Notes: a model not told the origin generated them from the letters alone. A stretch of DNA of 64,000 nt from Eledone cirrhosa (GCA_964016885.1 OZ024742.1:160828001-160892000), one strand, 5' to 3'. Counted from the stretch's first letter, positions 14,465 to 28,100 are shown. Translations and numbers: made by a program.

Positions 14465-14823
14465 GGAAAATGTTTAGCCCCGACGGCAGAGCCCAAGCCG
14501 TTTCGTCGGGGTTAAACATTTTCCTATTACCCACTCTACTACCATAAGTATTGAGTACTCTGGTTCGTTAGGGTCCATCTGGTTCCTTACCACACCTCCT
14601 TCGTTATATATATATATATACATATAACAAAGGAATTGTGGCAAGGAACCAGATGGACCCTAACGCACCAGAGTACTCAATACTTAAGCTAGTAGAGTGG
14701 GAAATAGGAAAAAGTATGACCCCGACGGCAGAGCTCAAGCTGTTTCGACGGCTATTTCTGGACTCAAAGGGCTATTTCTGGACTAAAAAGGGCTTGAGCT
14801 CTGCTGTCGGGGTCATACTTTTT

Positions 14824-14826
<3 letters not shown>
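14465..14826. mobile_element. Two short fold-back PLE 3'-end copies (14465-14605 tail right; 14625-14826 tail left) in (TA)n
   Basis: Each has a short inverted duplication ending at ttttcc|ta and a tail containing gtattgagtactct. Same family at 15242-15292, 57635-57746 and 59680-59879. The hammerhead 3' half GAAAC-ggc...gcc-GTC is retained. Confidence 0.7.
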
Positions 14827-14877
<51 letters not shown>

Positions 14878-15290
14878 AGTGGAAGCTTAGTAAAATCGAA
14901 GCTTTGGCTGTGGGCATGCAAAGTCGACCTACAATAGGAATGAGTTAGCAAAGCACTCAATAAGGGTAGGTCCTTAGAGAAATAACACACGTTTAAATAG
15001 CTTGACAAAAAACCAACCACACAATACAAAAGTAACGAAAAAACTAACAGGTTAAAAAGATACACCTGGACAAATCAAACGATATATATTTAAAGTGTTT
15101 CTATGAATCCGAAATCAGTTATCCAACTTACGTAACAGGCACGCTCGTGGTATTCCATGATCGAACAGACATATATATATATATATATATGCGTGTGTGT
15201 GTGTGTGCATATATATATATTTAGCTGTATATGTATATATACCTAGCTGTCGAAACGGCCGGAGCTTAGCCGTCGGGGTCTTGACTCTTT

Positions 15291-15376
<86 letters not shown>

Positions 15377-16134
15377 ATATTGTTATATATATATACTGTT
15401 ACCTGCCAATCAATGTTTATCATTGATTGACCAACGGTTAAAAATATAGATATAGAAATATATATATAGTCTATAAAGATTCTTTCATCACACACCTGTG
15501 ACAGCAGGAGTGGTACTATTATGTTTCCTCCCCTTGTATGTAATATCTACTCCATTTTTATTTTTATTTATTTATTGACTCTTGTCTCTGTTTGCGCATG
15601 CCTTTGTGTGTGTGTTGTCTGTTTGATGTGTGTTCGTGTCTGAGTGTGTCTGTTTGTATTCTATCTTTGTTCACTGGTGTGTGTTTATGTGTGGTTATTG
15701 TTATTGTAACTGTTTATATTTATCTATATTTATCTTAGGTCAGTATTGTGTGTTTGTGTATGGTTGTTTTTTGTTATTCCATTCATTTTTTGTGTTCATT
15801 TTTGGTTTTCTTAGTTCTATTTCTGTTGCTTCTCTGATATGTCTACTTGTTGAGTCATTTCTATGTTTAGATATAATCTTAATTTCTATATTGCCTATAT
15901 TACCATCATGTCTTTGGCGTGTTTAGTGAAAAGCATTAAACGAGTAAGCACTCTATACATTTTGTACAGATTTATTCATAGTTTAACAGCATGGCCAAAA
16001 TTATGTCTGTGATCTGTATCTTACTTATTGCAATGTCTCTGCATTGCTGCATTATTTGCTACAAATTGTAGCCACATTTCTTTTCAAACTGAACCCTGGT
16101 TAACCTGGGACTAAATCATAATTTCTAATTGAGA

Positions 16135-17349
16135 CACAAAGCAAGCAATTTGAAGAGAGAGCAATGTGATCATTACATTATTTTCTTGGCCTCATGAGGA
16201 TGAAAGGCAAAATTGATCTCAGCAAGATTTAAACTGAGAAAGTAAAGACCCAAAATAAATACTGTTAAACGTTTGTCCGACGCACACTCAATCATTCCAC
16301 AGGCTTTCTAGAGCTAAATAATGTTTTTTTAACATAGGTACAAGGTCGGCAATTTTGGAGAATGGGTAAGCTGATTTTATCGACCTCATTTTTTAACTGG
16401 TACTTTATTTTATCGACCCCGGAAAGATGAAACTCAAAGTTCATCGCAGCGGAATTTGAACCCAGAACGTGGCAGTTTCGATCTTGGTAATCCACCGACC
16501 TAGTCTGAGATTAAATAACAGCAACAACTACTGTTCAACGAGCTAACATCGCCGCTAGATCTGCGATAAAGAGCACCCACCCTAAACAACACTAACCCCG
16601 TCGCTATGTTTCGGGTGAAAGTAATGTGTTCATTTGACGAAGAACGCAACAAGAAATTAACAAAGAAGTTCTATGAATTAATGACAAAGTTTTAACCGAG
16701 ATTTGACTGCAAAGAGCAGAGTCGGTTCACTGAGAATAATTTCTTTTTAAATCACATCTTCCCAACTAACCGAGTTTGTGAGTTATTTCTTGAGCAAAGA
16801 TATTCGTATTGTAGATCAAAATATCGCAGAATTATCTATCCATTTACGGGTCTTGAACGCTTGATGGAGTTTCATGCCATACAAGTTTTGAGCATTTAAA
16901 CTGTGCGGAGCTCGTTCCTCTCCTTGTGTTAACACAGCTGATTCATTCAACAGAGAATGGGGAGGTAGAGTGAGAATGAGAAAGTAGGAGAAAGAGAATG
17001 AATGAGAAAGTAAGAAACACAGAATGAGAAATTGGGAAAGAGAGATAGAGCAAGAATCAAACTCAGTACTAGACTGATGCGTTTTCGACGCCGAAAGGAT
17101 GAACGGCAAAGTTGACTTCGGCGGGATTTTAACACAGAGCTCAGGTAGCCGAAACATAAAGTTCTATCTGACGTTCTAATGACTCTTCCAGTGCGCTGCC
17201 TTTTCGCATAGTTATAGGAGAGGCCAATGAAAGTGTGGTATTTGTATTCTCATCAAGAATATTGATAACGAAATCCTTGAATCAATAATATAAACAAGGT
17301 TTACATGGGAATATAAGAAACATTTATATATGCACTGAATAGCACTATT

Positions 17350-17444
<95 letters not shown>

Positions 17445-20400
17445 AACACATATATAAATAAGTGGGTATATATGCGTGTGTACTGTTAAAGACATGACTA
17501 TGTTCGAGTTTTTAATTTTTATATTAGTTTATTTTCTCATATTTTATAGTCTCAAATTAAGAATTTAATTGGCGTTTCTATAATAATCTAATAAAAAAAG
17601 TTAAATCTCGAACAAGTAAAAATATTTTTTAAAAAGCAGCGGCAGAGACAAATACATAATAATAGCAGCTTTGGGCGGGAAATTTATAAATAGTTTTATA
17701 AAAGTATTCAACTTTAACTGTTATATAATAACAAATATCTACTCTAAATAGTGTATTGAGTACTTTTTATTTTGTCACTTAGCTATAGACATACCTCAGA
17801 GCGGGTATCTTGATACTAACTATTTCCCAATAGTCTGAGATTGTAGTTACCGTATTTCCCGGCGCCGAAAACGTTTCGCCCTCGAGGACGCGTCCTAATT
17901 TTAACAACCAAAAATATTTAAAAGAATAATAATGATAAATCCAACCTTCGGCCTCCAGGGTGCATGGTAGAATTTTTATACTTAATTTAGGAAAAAAGTA
18001 GCGTCTTCGACGCCGAGAAATACGGTAATAGCTAATATTAACAACTACACAATCAGATATGAAACTAAAACATCATTATACCGTGAGCCTTGTCTCTGAA
18101 GCAATAAATCCGAAAGCTTATATATCGATCCATAAGCCATATCTCCTGCTGGCGTGACAGGAGCATTGTCGTGACATGTGACGTGTCTTGGGCACTTTAA
18201 ACCTGTCGGAGCCCATACTCTCTCCAAGTCAGACCATAACCGATTTCTTCCAGAGAAGGAGAGAAAGTGTGAGGAAGAGAGAGGGGGGCATAAAGAAAGT
18301 ATTGACCCAAGTACTGGACTGGTACTTCTTTGGTCAACCTCAAAATGATGAAAATCAAAGTTGACCTCGGTGGGATTTGCGTTCAGAGCGCAGAGAACTG
18401 AAATGAGTACCGCATAACATTATATCTGACGTTCTGACGAATCTGCCAATTCGCCGCCTATTAAATATAAATAAAGTACTATAAAAATCTTATCCTGTGT
18501 AGTAGTTATGTTAATAGAGTCAGGCACCAGACTGCACATCTGTTCTTTCTGATTGAGCTGCTAGCTAATTACCCGTCATGCAATAGCTGTGTCAAAAGTG
18601 CAGCTCAAAATGATTATGCAGTATGTTAATGAAAATTGCAACGAGCATATTTGCATTGTTGTCACTCTAGACAGATTCACATTGTAATTAGTGAGGTTTG
18701 GAATTACAGATTGCCTGAACACCAGTGTAATTCCTTGCATGCACAATAATCCAAACAAAATATTTTAGAATAACAAGGTACACTACTCCTCCCTCTCCAG
18801 CTTCTATATAGGCGGTACTTTATAGCTTTCTTTTTCTTTAACAGACTTCTTGATTTTTTCATTTATATTTTTGTGCTGTGTTTTTTTTTTTGTTTTTTGT
18901 TTGTTTGTTTGTTTGTTTTTTTGCAAAACAGATAGGTATTTAGGTATTTTAATTCCCGTAAAAAAACTGCGAGCAAGCAACGAACGAAAGAAAATCCTGG
19001 AAGAGTTAGGAAATGGGGAAGCGAATATCTATCACAGGAATTGGTAAGATAATGTAATTAGTAGAACGGGTAACTTTCAATTGCCACATAAAATTCACCA
19101 TTAAATTTTGGTCTAAATTTTGCAGCTATGCAACATGATATACTCCATTGTGAGGCTGTTTCTGCAAAATGTCGTAATTGTTTCGAATTTAGGCACAAGG
19201 CCAGCAGTTTGGAAAGATGAGGAGAGTTGATTATATCGATACCAGCAATTGACAGGTACTTTATTTTATCGAACCTTGAAAGTGGAAAGACAAAGTTGAC
19301 CTCGGAAGAATTTGAACTCAGAATATAAAGACACAGAAAAATGCCGCAAAGCATTTTTGCGCGACATGTTAGCGATTCTGCCAGGCAGTTTTAGGAAGAA
19401 GAAGAGAGTCTATTATATCGTGTCCAATACTTGGCTACTGCTTTATTTTATCGACCTTGAAAGCATAAAAAGCAAGGTTGCGGAATTTGAACTGTGAACA
19501 TAGAGCTGGAACCAGTAAAAAGAATAAAAGAATACTGTACAGGCATATTAACGTATCCAGCTAGCTATACATCGTTTGGTTGTTTTATTTAGCGTCGGTG
19601 AAATGAAACTATTTTCCCTACACAAGGGAAAATAAGCGCTATTATAAACTATTCAAACTACACTCTTTCACATGTTACGCACACAAGTAAACCCCTAACT
19701 TAACTACACACTAACATGGTCAGAACATGTCAAGCTGTAACAAATCGTCGCCGATTTGGAACCAGGGTTATTGTCCCGAAAGAATACATAATTAATGTAT
19801 CTACTACACCTATAGTAAACTATACAGTGGCAACAGTTGACAGAATAAGGAATATAGTAGCCAAGAATCTAGAATTATTTCTCTCAATAATCCTGTGCTG
19901 GGCTTAACCATTCCGTTACCATATTTCTAATGAAATGGCATTGCCTATTATCTTCAAATAATTTTGAAAATAATCAAGAATTTGTAGGGATTTAGTAATA
20001 TATCTAACCTTTTCATTTTAAGCTGGCGTTTGGAACATAACCTCACACCTTTGTTACTGTATTTCAAATGAAACAAGGGCGGTAGACTGGCGGTAGAGCG
20101 TCGGAAATATAGTTACTGCCTGTTACGTTCTGAGTTCAAATCTCGCCGAGGTTAGCTTTGCCTTTCATCCTTACGGGGTCTATAAAATAAAGCACCAGTA
20201 ATGGACTGGGGTCGATTTAATCGACTTTCCCCTTCCCCAAAAATTGCTGGCCTTGTGCTTAATTTAAATACCATTTGGCAGTATCAGTAGAGGGTCGAAC
20301 TCCATGCCTTTGCCTCATAGAGTTACGCCCCTTTATGGTCTGAGTTCAAATCCCACTGAGGTTAACTTCGCCTTTCATCCTTGTGGGGTCGATAAAATAA

Positions 20401-20460
20401 AGCACCAGTAATGCACTGGGATAATTGCTGGCCTTGTGCCAAAAGTAGAAACAATTATTA
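16135..20460. mobile_element. Region with at least seven family A SINE copies (about 16135-16290, 16330-16500, 17030-17200, 18300-18460, 19180-19385 minus; 20078-20273, 20275-20460 plus)
   Basis: Recurring ggatgaaaggcaaagttgacctcggcgggatttgaactc core at varying divergence. Confidence 0.75.
17850..18025. mobile_element. Pogo/Tc1-mariner-type MITE
   Basis: TIRs ccgtatttcccggcgccgaaaacg / cgtcttcgacgccgagaaatacgg, flanked by TA on both sides. Confidence 0.75.
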
Positions 20461-20940
20461 AGTCAGTATTTGCAACATAATTGACCAGAGGTTCTTAGAA
20501 AAACCATGACGGAATTCTTTAGATGAATAGAAACACTTCAAAATAAAGAGTTTAGTATAGTAAAATCCGGATCACTTTCAGACTGTTTGGTATCAAAGTT
20601 CTTATATATAATTCATTGCAGCTTTTTCAATTAATTTAGCTGAAAATTGTTTCTGTAATACTGTGTGTGTGGCGAGCATACCGAAAATTAAAAGGTGATT
20701 TTGGAAAGTGGTTCCTTGAGATATTTATTTTCCAGTGAGTTACAGATACACTCTTGACATATTTGCCGTCAGGAATGCAGTGAACCGGTTATTGGGCCAT
20801 TACAGTCAAGAAATCATCAACACAAACTATCGTATAAAATGAAGATATAAAAACATAGTTTGAATTAAATCACACACACACACACACACACACACGCACG
20901 CACGCACGCACGCACGCACACACACGCACACACACGCACG

Positions 20941-20975
<35 letters not shown>

Positions 20976-20990
20976 ACACACACACACACA

Positions 20991-21026
<36 letters not shown>

Positions 21027-22155
21027 AACAATTAAATAAGTAAATGAAACACAAATAAAGCCAACAAAACACACATGTACATGCTTGCACCCATACGCCG
21101 TACTTCTGACACGAGATTCTGGAAGACAAACAGAAAACGCGAAGAACGTGTAAACGAAGAGGTGCATAGGGTAATAGTCATCGATAAAGCTGCAGATTGT
21201 GGCGAAAGTACTTTAGCAAATCGATTAATGAATGATTGATTAATCAGCTAATTCATGAACTACATTTCAGATTGATTATTAAAACTGAAATGAAAAATAT
21301 TTGGTGCATGTTTCTTTGATGACCCTCCCTCCCAAATTAAAGCAACGAATTAACAAGTTTTTGTGGAAGGATTCTTATGAATTAATTTTTAAAAAACGGG
21401 ATCGGCGCCCCAATGTAGGCGAACTATGCAGATGTCTCGGACGCAAACCTTGAGAGGCACATATGTGAGTGTACAATTTATAGTGGAAAATGCAGCCCTT
21501 ATAATTTTAATCGCGTGATCTGAGCAAAGGTGTCAAAAACTAGGTTTGTCAGCTTACCGAATTATAACTTGAAATTATTTTATTTAAGAGAATGGGGGAA
21601 CACATTGTAGACTAACTTAGAGCGCTAAATTTCTAGACTCCGGCCCAACCACCATCTCTATAGGAATCGAGATTGCGGGGACATATTTGTGATGCCACGA
21701 CTTGCATCCATATTGGAGTTAATGCTTAAAGTTCACACCTTAGGTATTTGTTCCACGATTAGTTAAATGTTATTTATAGACAAATACTTCTCTGTTAAAC
21801 TCCTCCCAAGATTTCTTAATTCATTATTAACAAGTGAGAATTCCCGCAGGAATTGACAAGATTAGAATTCTCGCCTACAAATATTATCCATTCGTATGGT
21901 TTCTCATTCATTATTGCCATTCTAGCTATGTGTTCTACATTCCAGAAATAATCTGTCCACTATTGTATACAACAAATACGGACACTCGTACACACATACG
22001 CACATAAGCACGCACACACGCACACAACACAGATGCACTAAGATACATATATATACACAGACACTTGTATACACACTTATACATAGATTTATACACACAC
22101 GCACAGATACACTCATGTATATATGTATGTAAGTAGTTACATATATTTATGTGTG

Positions 22156-22238
<83 letters not shown>

Positions 22239-22391
22239 CAAGATGTATGGTAGGTCGTATGTGAATCGCGATGATCACGTCTGACCTACCAAATATGTGA
22301 CGGTAGCTAGTTAAGCTCTATGCGTATACGCAGAGCAGAAATATTAGTGAAAAGGAACAAAGGAACTATTATGACATTATAACGAGTTTAT

Positions 22392-22438
22392 TGCCGACAG
22401 CCGTTTCGTCCGACCATATCGTGAGACTTTTCAAGGCA
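22392..22438 (-). ncRNA. Hammerhead ribozyme, U3-A8 variant (inverted arm copy)
   Basis: Reverse complement of 26197-26243 with one stem II change. Confidence 0.75.
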
Positions 22439-22980
22439 TATAACATGTGATTGTAGGATCATTATTTACATCAACGTATCACTCAAGGCTAGCAGTTTGA
22501 AATTGTGGTATACATCAGCAGCTCCGCTTGTATAGTTGGGGTCTATATTCTAAGGGGGCTCTTTTATATTAGTTGTCGGGGTCAGGGATTTAAGGTTAAA
22601 AATTAGATAATATATAATTTAGATAATATATAATTTACGCACTAACAGTAAACTAAAAGACTTGGGATCCCGTAGAAGCACCTTAAAAAATCCCTCAATA
22701 AGTGCATAAAGCTTACAGGCTCCAATAAGCCTAATAAACTAGAAGAAATTAAGAGGCTAATTAAAAAAAAAAAAAATAAAAATAAAAAAATAAATAAAAA
22801 AAAAATAAAAAAATAAAAAAAAAAAATAAATAAATAAAAAATAAAAAAAAAAATAAAAAATAAAAAAAAAAAAATAAAAAATAAAAAATAAAAAATAAAA
22901 AATAAAAAATAAAAAATAAAAAATAAAAAATAAAAAATAAAAAATAAAAAATAAAAAATAAATAAAAAATAAAAAATAAG

Positions 22981-23682
22981 AATACTATCAATAAGAATAC
23001 TATCAAGCTATCGTACTCTACAACCCCTAATCTGGCCTCACACCTAGCTAAGACCAATAAGAGTAAGATTAAAGAGGGACTTAAGGCCATCCGAAATAGT
23101 GAACCACGCCAGTACACACGACAACACGGGACCAACCCACTGAGTGAAAGACCCAGGGGAATAATAGGCAATAGAACCGGTCCCACTAGGCAGCCCCGCG
23201 GCTGCCTGGAGGGACATGCACCCCTGATTGAGGAGCATGACCCTATTAAAAAGTGTAATTGCAGAAGGAAGGACAAATGCCCACTAGCTGGACACTGCCT
23301 TATTAGGAACGTGGTATATGCTTGTAACGTAACCCCAGACACGTATACTAAGACGTATATGGGATCAACCGCTAACGAGTTCAAGACGAGGTTCAGCGCC
23401 CACCAGCATAGCTTCCGATTTGAGAAGCTTAAAAATACCACGTCGTTAGCGGGGCACATACATAACTTAAAACAAACAAAAACCCCCTACACACTAAGCT
23501 GGAGATGCCTTACTAAAGCTCCTCCATATAGCTCGTTGAGCAGGTTTTGTAGCCTGTGCCTATCTGAATCTCATGCCATAGTATTCTCAGGACTCAACTT
23601 GCTCAACAGGAGATCAGAAATCTTCTCGTCCTGCCTCCATACTATACTTAGCTCTTTCTTTTTCTTCAGACCGGACACATAG
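22981..23682 (+). pseudogene. 5'-truncated PLE ORF: linker zinc finger plus GIY-YIG endonuclease
   Basis: Open frame from 22981: NKNTIKLSYSTTPNL ... CNCRRKDKCPLAGHC (CxCx5Cx5C), VVYAC..YMGST..FKTRFSAH, CSLC..E, SCLH. Confidence 0.88.
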
Positions 23683-26196
23683 CCCTGACACCACCCTGTC
23701 CCGTACTTGGCAGCCCCGCTGGCGAACAGGGTGCTCTTTAGTAACCCCGGCCGCATAGACGCCTCGGCTCCCCGATTGGCGATGAGGACTCTGGTGAGGA
23801 ACAGACGACCCTGTGTCCCACCTGCCAACCTGGGATTGGTGGCAACATTGTTGCTGGGTACCCTGGGGGCAGCTGATGCCTGCAGTGTAGGACATTGTGA
23901 GTGCCTGGACCCACGTTGACTAATCTGGGAAGGTGCCGTCGGAGATGTATGTCAACAAACTCGAGTACATACCCAGGGAAACAGTAACAAAACACCCAAT
24001 ATGGCGGCCGCTCCCTGCCTATAACCACTCACCCCCACCCCCTCCCTTAGTAAACCCCCGCCCAAAATAGATGCCCCTCCCCACTCGCCACCACTCACAT
24101 CTTTTGAGTTAGTTCTTTATTATCAGTGATTAGTTCTTTACTAATAGGAATTTTTTGTATTTTACCACAGTCGACTTAATGGGCTTGGAGAGTTGACTCC
24201 CTTGAAGTCTGACCACTCGATAAGTTAGGGGTTGTGCCCCTTGAACAGGGGTGTGTCTAGCTGGTCTACCTGCTGTCTGCTACTACCCGAGACTGGACAC
24301 GGTCGTAGCCACAGGCCAGCGCGTGCGCGATAGCATAGAATGTATATTTTCTGCTAGTCATCCCGTGTAATATGATACCCCAAGATTCCATGCATGAGAT
24401 TCACCGAAGCATGCGCAGTCTTAACCGGGAGATGACATGCGAACTTGAAAATACCACAAGTGAGACCCTTTGGATAGCGTAGACGCCGGACCATACCCGC
24501 AAATATATACCCTGATCTGTCTTGAATATACAGGGCTGACGGAACATGGATAACACGACCACCATCTAAGCTGGAACTGACCCATACAGCAAACAAAGAG
24601 GGGACAGCCCTTCGCTTTTGACCAGTCGCGTGTGGGCTTGGAGTTCGTAATATACCACCCCAGTCAAATCCACACTGGGTTTTTTTTACCAATATAGCAT
24701 GTAGACCAATACATCCTATGTAGCGAGACCTTGGACTTAGAACCGGCAGGCTGGTCTATCGCAAAAGCGTACAACCCCCGAAACTAAAAGATCGAACGGA
24801 CCACACCCAGCAACCACTAGCTATTAGATCCACATGTACATCTCCCAGAGAGTCCACGCAGCTGATAGTGAATCCCAGTTGATCCGTGAACTATGAACTT
24901 TTAAACAAGACCAACAGTGCCTGGAGCTATGCAGATGACTACATACGCATAATGGATATCGCGCCCACAAGGTCACCAGTACTGTTCATCCTGTTGTATG
25001 TATGTAAATATCCGTGCGCGGGATATCCCTGAGTACATCTTCTTGACCATCAATTGTTAATTGATTGTTTGTTAACTAGGCAGGAATATACCATTATGTC
25101 TGTGCTAATCCTATGTGTTACTGTATGTGTGTAAAGTATCCGAGCGCGGGATATCCCTGAGCTAATTTTGCCTGACTGTTAATAGTGTATTGATTACTGG
25201 TTAATTAGGCAGGAATATATTATATATTATTATGTCTTTGTTAATCCTGTATCAATAATTTTATGATAATTTTTTGTGATAATACATTGTTAGATTACTG
25301 AAGCTACCTTATACCTTCTTAAAAATACATGTTATAATTATTGTCTTTTTGCTTATGTATTTTCTTATTTACCACTTTCTTTAATCTTGCCCAACTTGAT
25401 AAACTCTTTGAATTGCTCCCTAATTAAATTACTTAAATTACTTAAATTATTGTATCTATTATGCCTAAGTTGTATCTGTTGAAGCAGCCCTTTGAAAATT
25501 CCTCGGATATCCCAAATACCGTAATTTTTAACTTTTAATGTATAATTTTCCTCAATTCGTTTTTATATATATCCTTAAGGGCTCTCTAAAATTTTAATTC
25601 TTCGAAGGGTCTCTCGGGGGAAGTTCCTATTAAAAATATTAAAGGGGTCTTTTCTGAGAGATTTATAGAAGGCTCTTTGAATTAACCTTTAAGTGATTAG
25701 TTTCTTTCAACTTAGTAGGGAATATCAAAACTCCGTAAGTTTCAGAAATTTGTAAACGTGATCTCGGGGGAAGAAAGTTTTTTTCTTTGGGAAAAAAAAT
25801 TTTTTCTCTCGAAGGAATTTCATAGGAAACTTTATATTTTTTAGGGAAACTTTATATTTTCATTTTTTATTTTATTAGCCTCTTAATTTCTTCTAGTTTA
25901 TTAGGCTTATTGGAGCCTGTAAGCTTTATGCACTTATTGAGGGATTTTTTAAGGTGCTTCTACGGGATCCCAAGTCTTTTAGTTTACTCTTAATGCGTAA
26001 ATTATATATTATCTAAATTATATATTATCTAATTTTTAACCTTCAATCCCTGACCCCGACAACTAATATAAAAGAGCCCCCTTAGAATATAGACCCCAAC
26101 TATACAAGCGGAGCTGCTGATATATACCACAATTTCAAACTGCTAGCCTTGAGTGATACGTTGATGTAAATAATGATCCTACAATCACATGTTATA

Positions 26197-26243
26197 TGCC
26201 TTGAAAAGTCTCACCATATGGTCGGACGAAACGGCTGTCGGCA
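26197..26243 (+). ncRNA. Type I hammerhead ribozyme, U3-A8 covariant core
   Basis: tgcc TTGAAAA gtct-c-acc-atat-ggt-c-ggac GAAAC ggct GTC ggca. The C3-G8 pair is replaced by U3-A8; GUC triplet. Confidence 0.8.
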
Positions 26244-26460
26244 ATAAACTCGTTATAATGTCATAATAGTTCCTTTGTTCCTTTTCACTAATATATATAT
26301 ATATATATATTTGTCTTTAATGCGTTGAAATGTCCAAGACCCCCAACAGACAACTGATGAAGGAAAATTTTCTCCCGTTCTTGTTTCCCTCTTTTTATAA
26401 GTACACCTTATCCACCAACTACACAGCCCGTGTTTATTCTTAAATATATATATATATGTC

Positions 26461-26762
26461 TTTATATATTTTAATTATTTAAAAATTATTTTAAAATGAA
26501 CATGACCCAACGGGTCACTGGTGGTCTAGTTATATATAAAATTGATTTCTTCAGGACTGAACTATTTCATTCGTATATATATATATATATATATATATAT
26601 ACGAATGAAATAGTTCAGTCCTGAAGAAATCAATTTTATATATAACTAGACCACCAGTGACCCGTTGGGTCATGTTCATTTTAAAATAATTTTTAAATAA
26701 TTAAAATATATAAAGGCATGTATAAAATGTAATTAAATTAAATGGCCTTTCTCTGGATTTCG
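26461..26762. mobile_element. Perfect 114-bp palindrome centred on (TA)n; fold-back PLE end
   Basis: 26461-26574 / 26602-26714. The inner end acgaatgaaatagttcagtcctgaagaa resembles the 3' half of the hammerhead at 56838-56866. Confidence 0.65.
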
Positions 26763-27304
26763 TCTAGAATGTCTGCTTGTGTAGTAACAGTGTTGCCATA
26801 GGTTTGGGAGCAGTACTCCATTGTGGGTTTGACCTGAGCTTTTTTAGAGGGTTCAACTATCTTCAAAGATGCAGTCTTTGCTATGTTAACGATGTACGTT
26901 CGCCAGGAAAGACCCTCAGTGATAACGATCGCCAGAGTTTTATTTGTGTACTGCTCGTGTTTAAGTGGGTGTGGTACGATAATGTTTTTCTAGTATATGC
27001 AGTGATTATGTTTCTTCGCTGTTGAAGGAGTCAAGATTGGTATGACCCGCATTCGAAGATGTTTTCGACAGACATTCAGAACAGCATTGTTCTTAGCCTG
27101 AACTGTTTTCTAGAATAGTTTTGTTTAGTGGTCATGGGAAATATAAACATAGATGATATATTTAAAATTTCAAAGAATAATTGAAAAAATATATAAAATA
27201 ATTTAAAGCTTAGAAAAATGTAATAATAAAATTATGAATTGAAAGATTAAAAAAAAAAAGAGGAATATTATAGTAAACTTTAAAAAGTAATCATTTTTTT
27301 AGAT

Positions 27305-27521
27305 TAATAAATGATGGTTTCTTATATAGGTACAAGGCCAGCAATTTTTGGGGAGAGAAAAGTCGATTAAATCGACCCCAGTGCGTGACTGGTACTTTAT
27401 TTTATCGAACCCGCAAGGATGAAAGGCAAAGTTAACCTCGGCGAGATTTGAACTTAGTACGTAAAGGACCATAACTCTATGCTTCAAAGCATGGTGTCTG
27501 ACGCTCTACGGCTACTGCCAA
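27305..27521 (-). mobile_element. tRNA-derived SINE (family A)
   Basis: Homologous to 13408-13628. Confidence 0.8.
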
Positions 27522-27729
27522 TAATAAATGAATTCGTGAAAAGAATGTATAGAGAGATAACAATTATAATAGACAGATAGCTGAATTTATTCTTCAGTTT
27601 GCAACCAATATTTGGTTACATTATCGAGATTTTGTCTAACTATTGAAGTCGGGTTACAGTGACGAGAATATAGCTTTATTTTGTTGTTTCTGAGTGCCAC
27701 GGTGAATATCTGAGATGACAACGTGGGAG

Positions 27730-28100
27730 ACTTTAAGTGATCGCCAGACCTGCTAGAAATAGCAACTAAATAGCCCACAAACCGTACCCTTGTTGTTTTA
27801 GATAAGGAACGATACACTGGTCAACGTGTATTAAAGACTGGATGGTCATAATTGTAACTTCTTTGTTCATTGGTATGTATACTTGATCAGGGTTGACTTA
27901 GGACTTAACGACGATAACCAATATATCTGACGAACTACTGAAGAAGATTCTGCTAAACTTGTTTGACATGCTAAAAATAGCAGCCATATCTCCCGCAAAG
28001 TTACACGGAAATAAGAAAGATTCATATTTGATAATGTGATTCCTAGAATGATTAAACTTAGATATATGACGGAAAGGGCTTGACTGGGTGATTTTTGAAG
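27730..28100 (+). repeat. Two copies of a dispersed repeat (gacctgctagaaatagcagcc motif); relatives near 32230-32420 and 48380-48450 (minus)
   Basis: Shared motif and downstream similarity seen by eye; class not determined. Confidence 0.5.

Larger units (their letters stand above)
22237..26294 (+). mobile_element. Naiad-type Penelope-like element, 5'-truncated (endonuclease plus about 2.6-kb 3' region), with an inverted 421-bp terminal copy and a 104-nt tail, in (TA)n
   Basis: Arms 22341-22761 and 25874-26294 are near-perfect reverse complements. Internal GIY-YIG ORF, a hammerhead in each arm, and (TA)n on both flanks. Confidence 0.85.

Noticed and set aside
19904-20600. piggyBac-like MITE (ttaacc.. 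start; also 12587 and 62368)
   Set aside because: I could not identify matching opposite termini with confidence.
26318-26445. gacaactgatga repeat (also 59221-59290) as a hammerhead
   Set aside because: CTGATGA is present but has no correctly placed GAAA/stem III. Probably a repeat end, but the ribozyme is unsupported.
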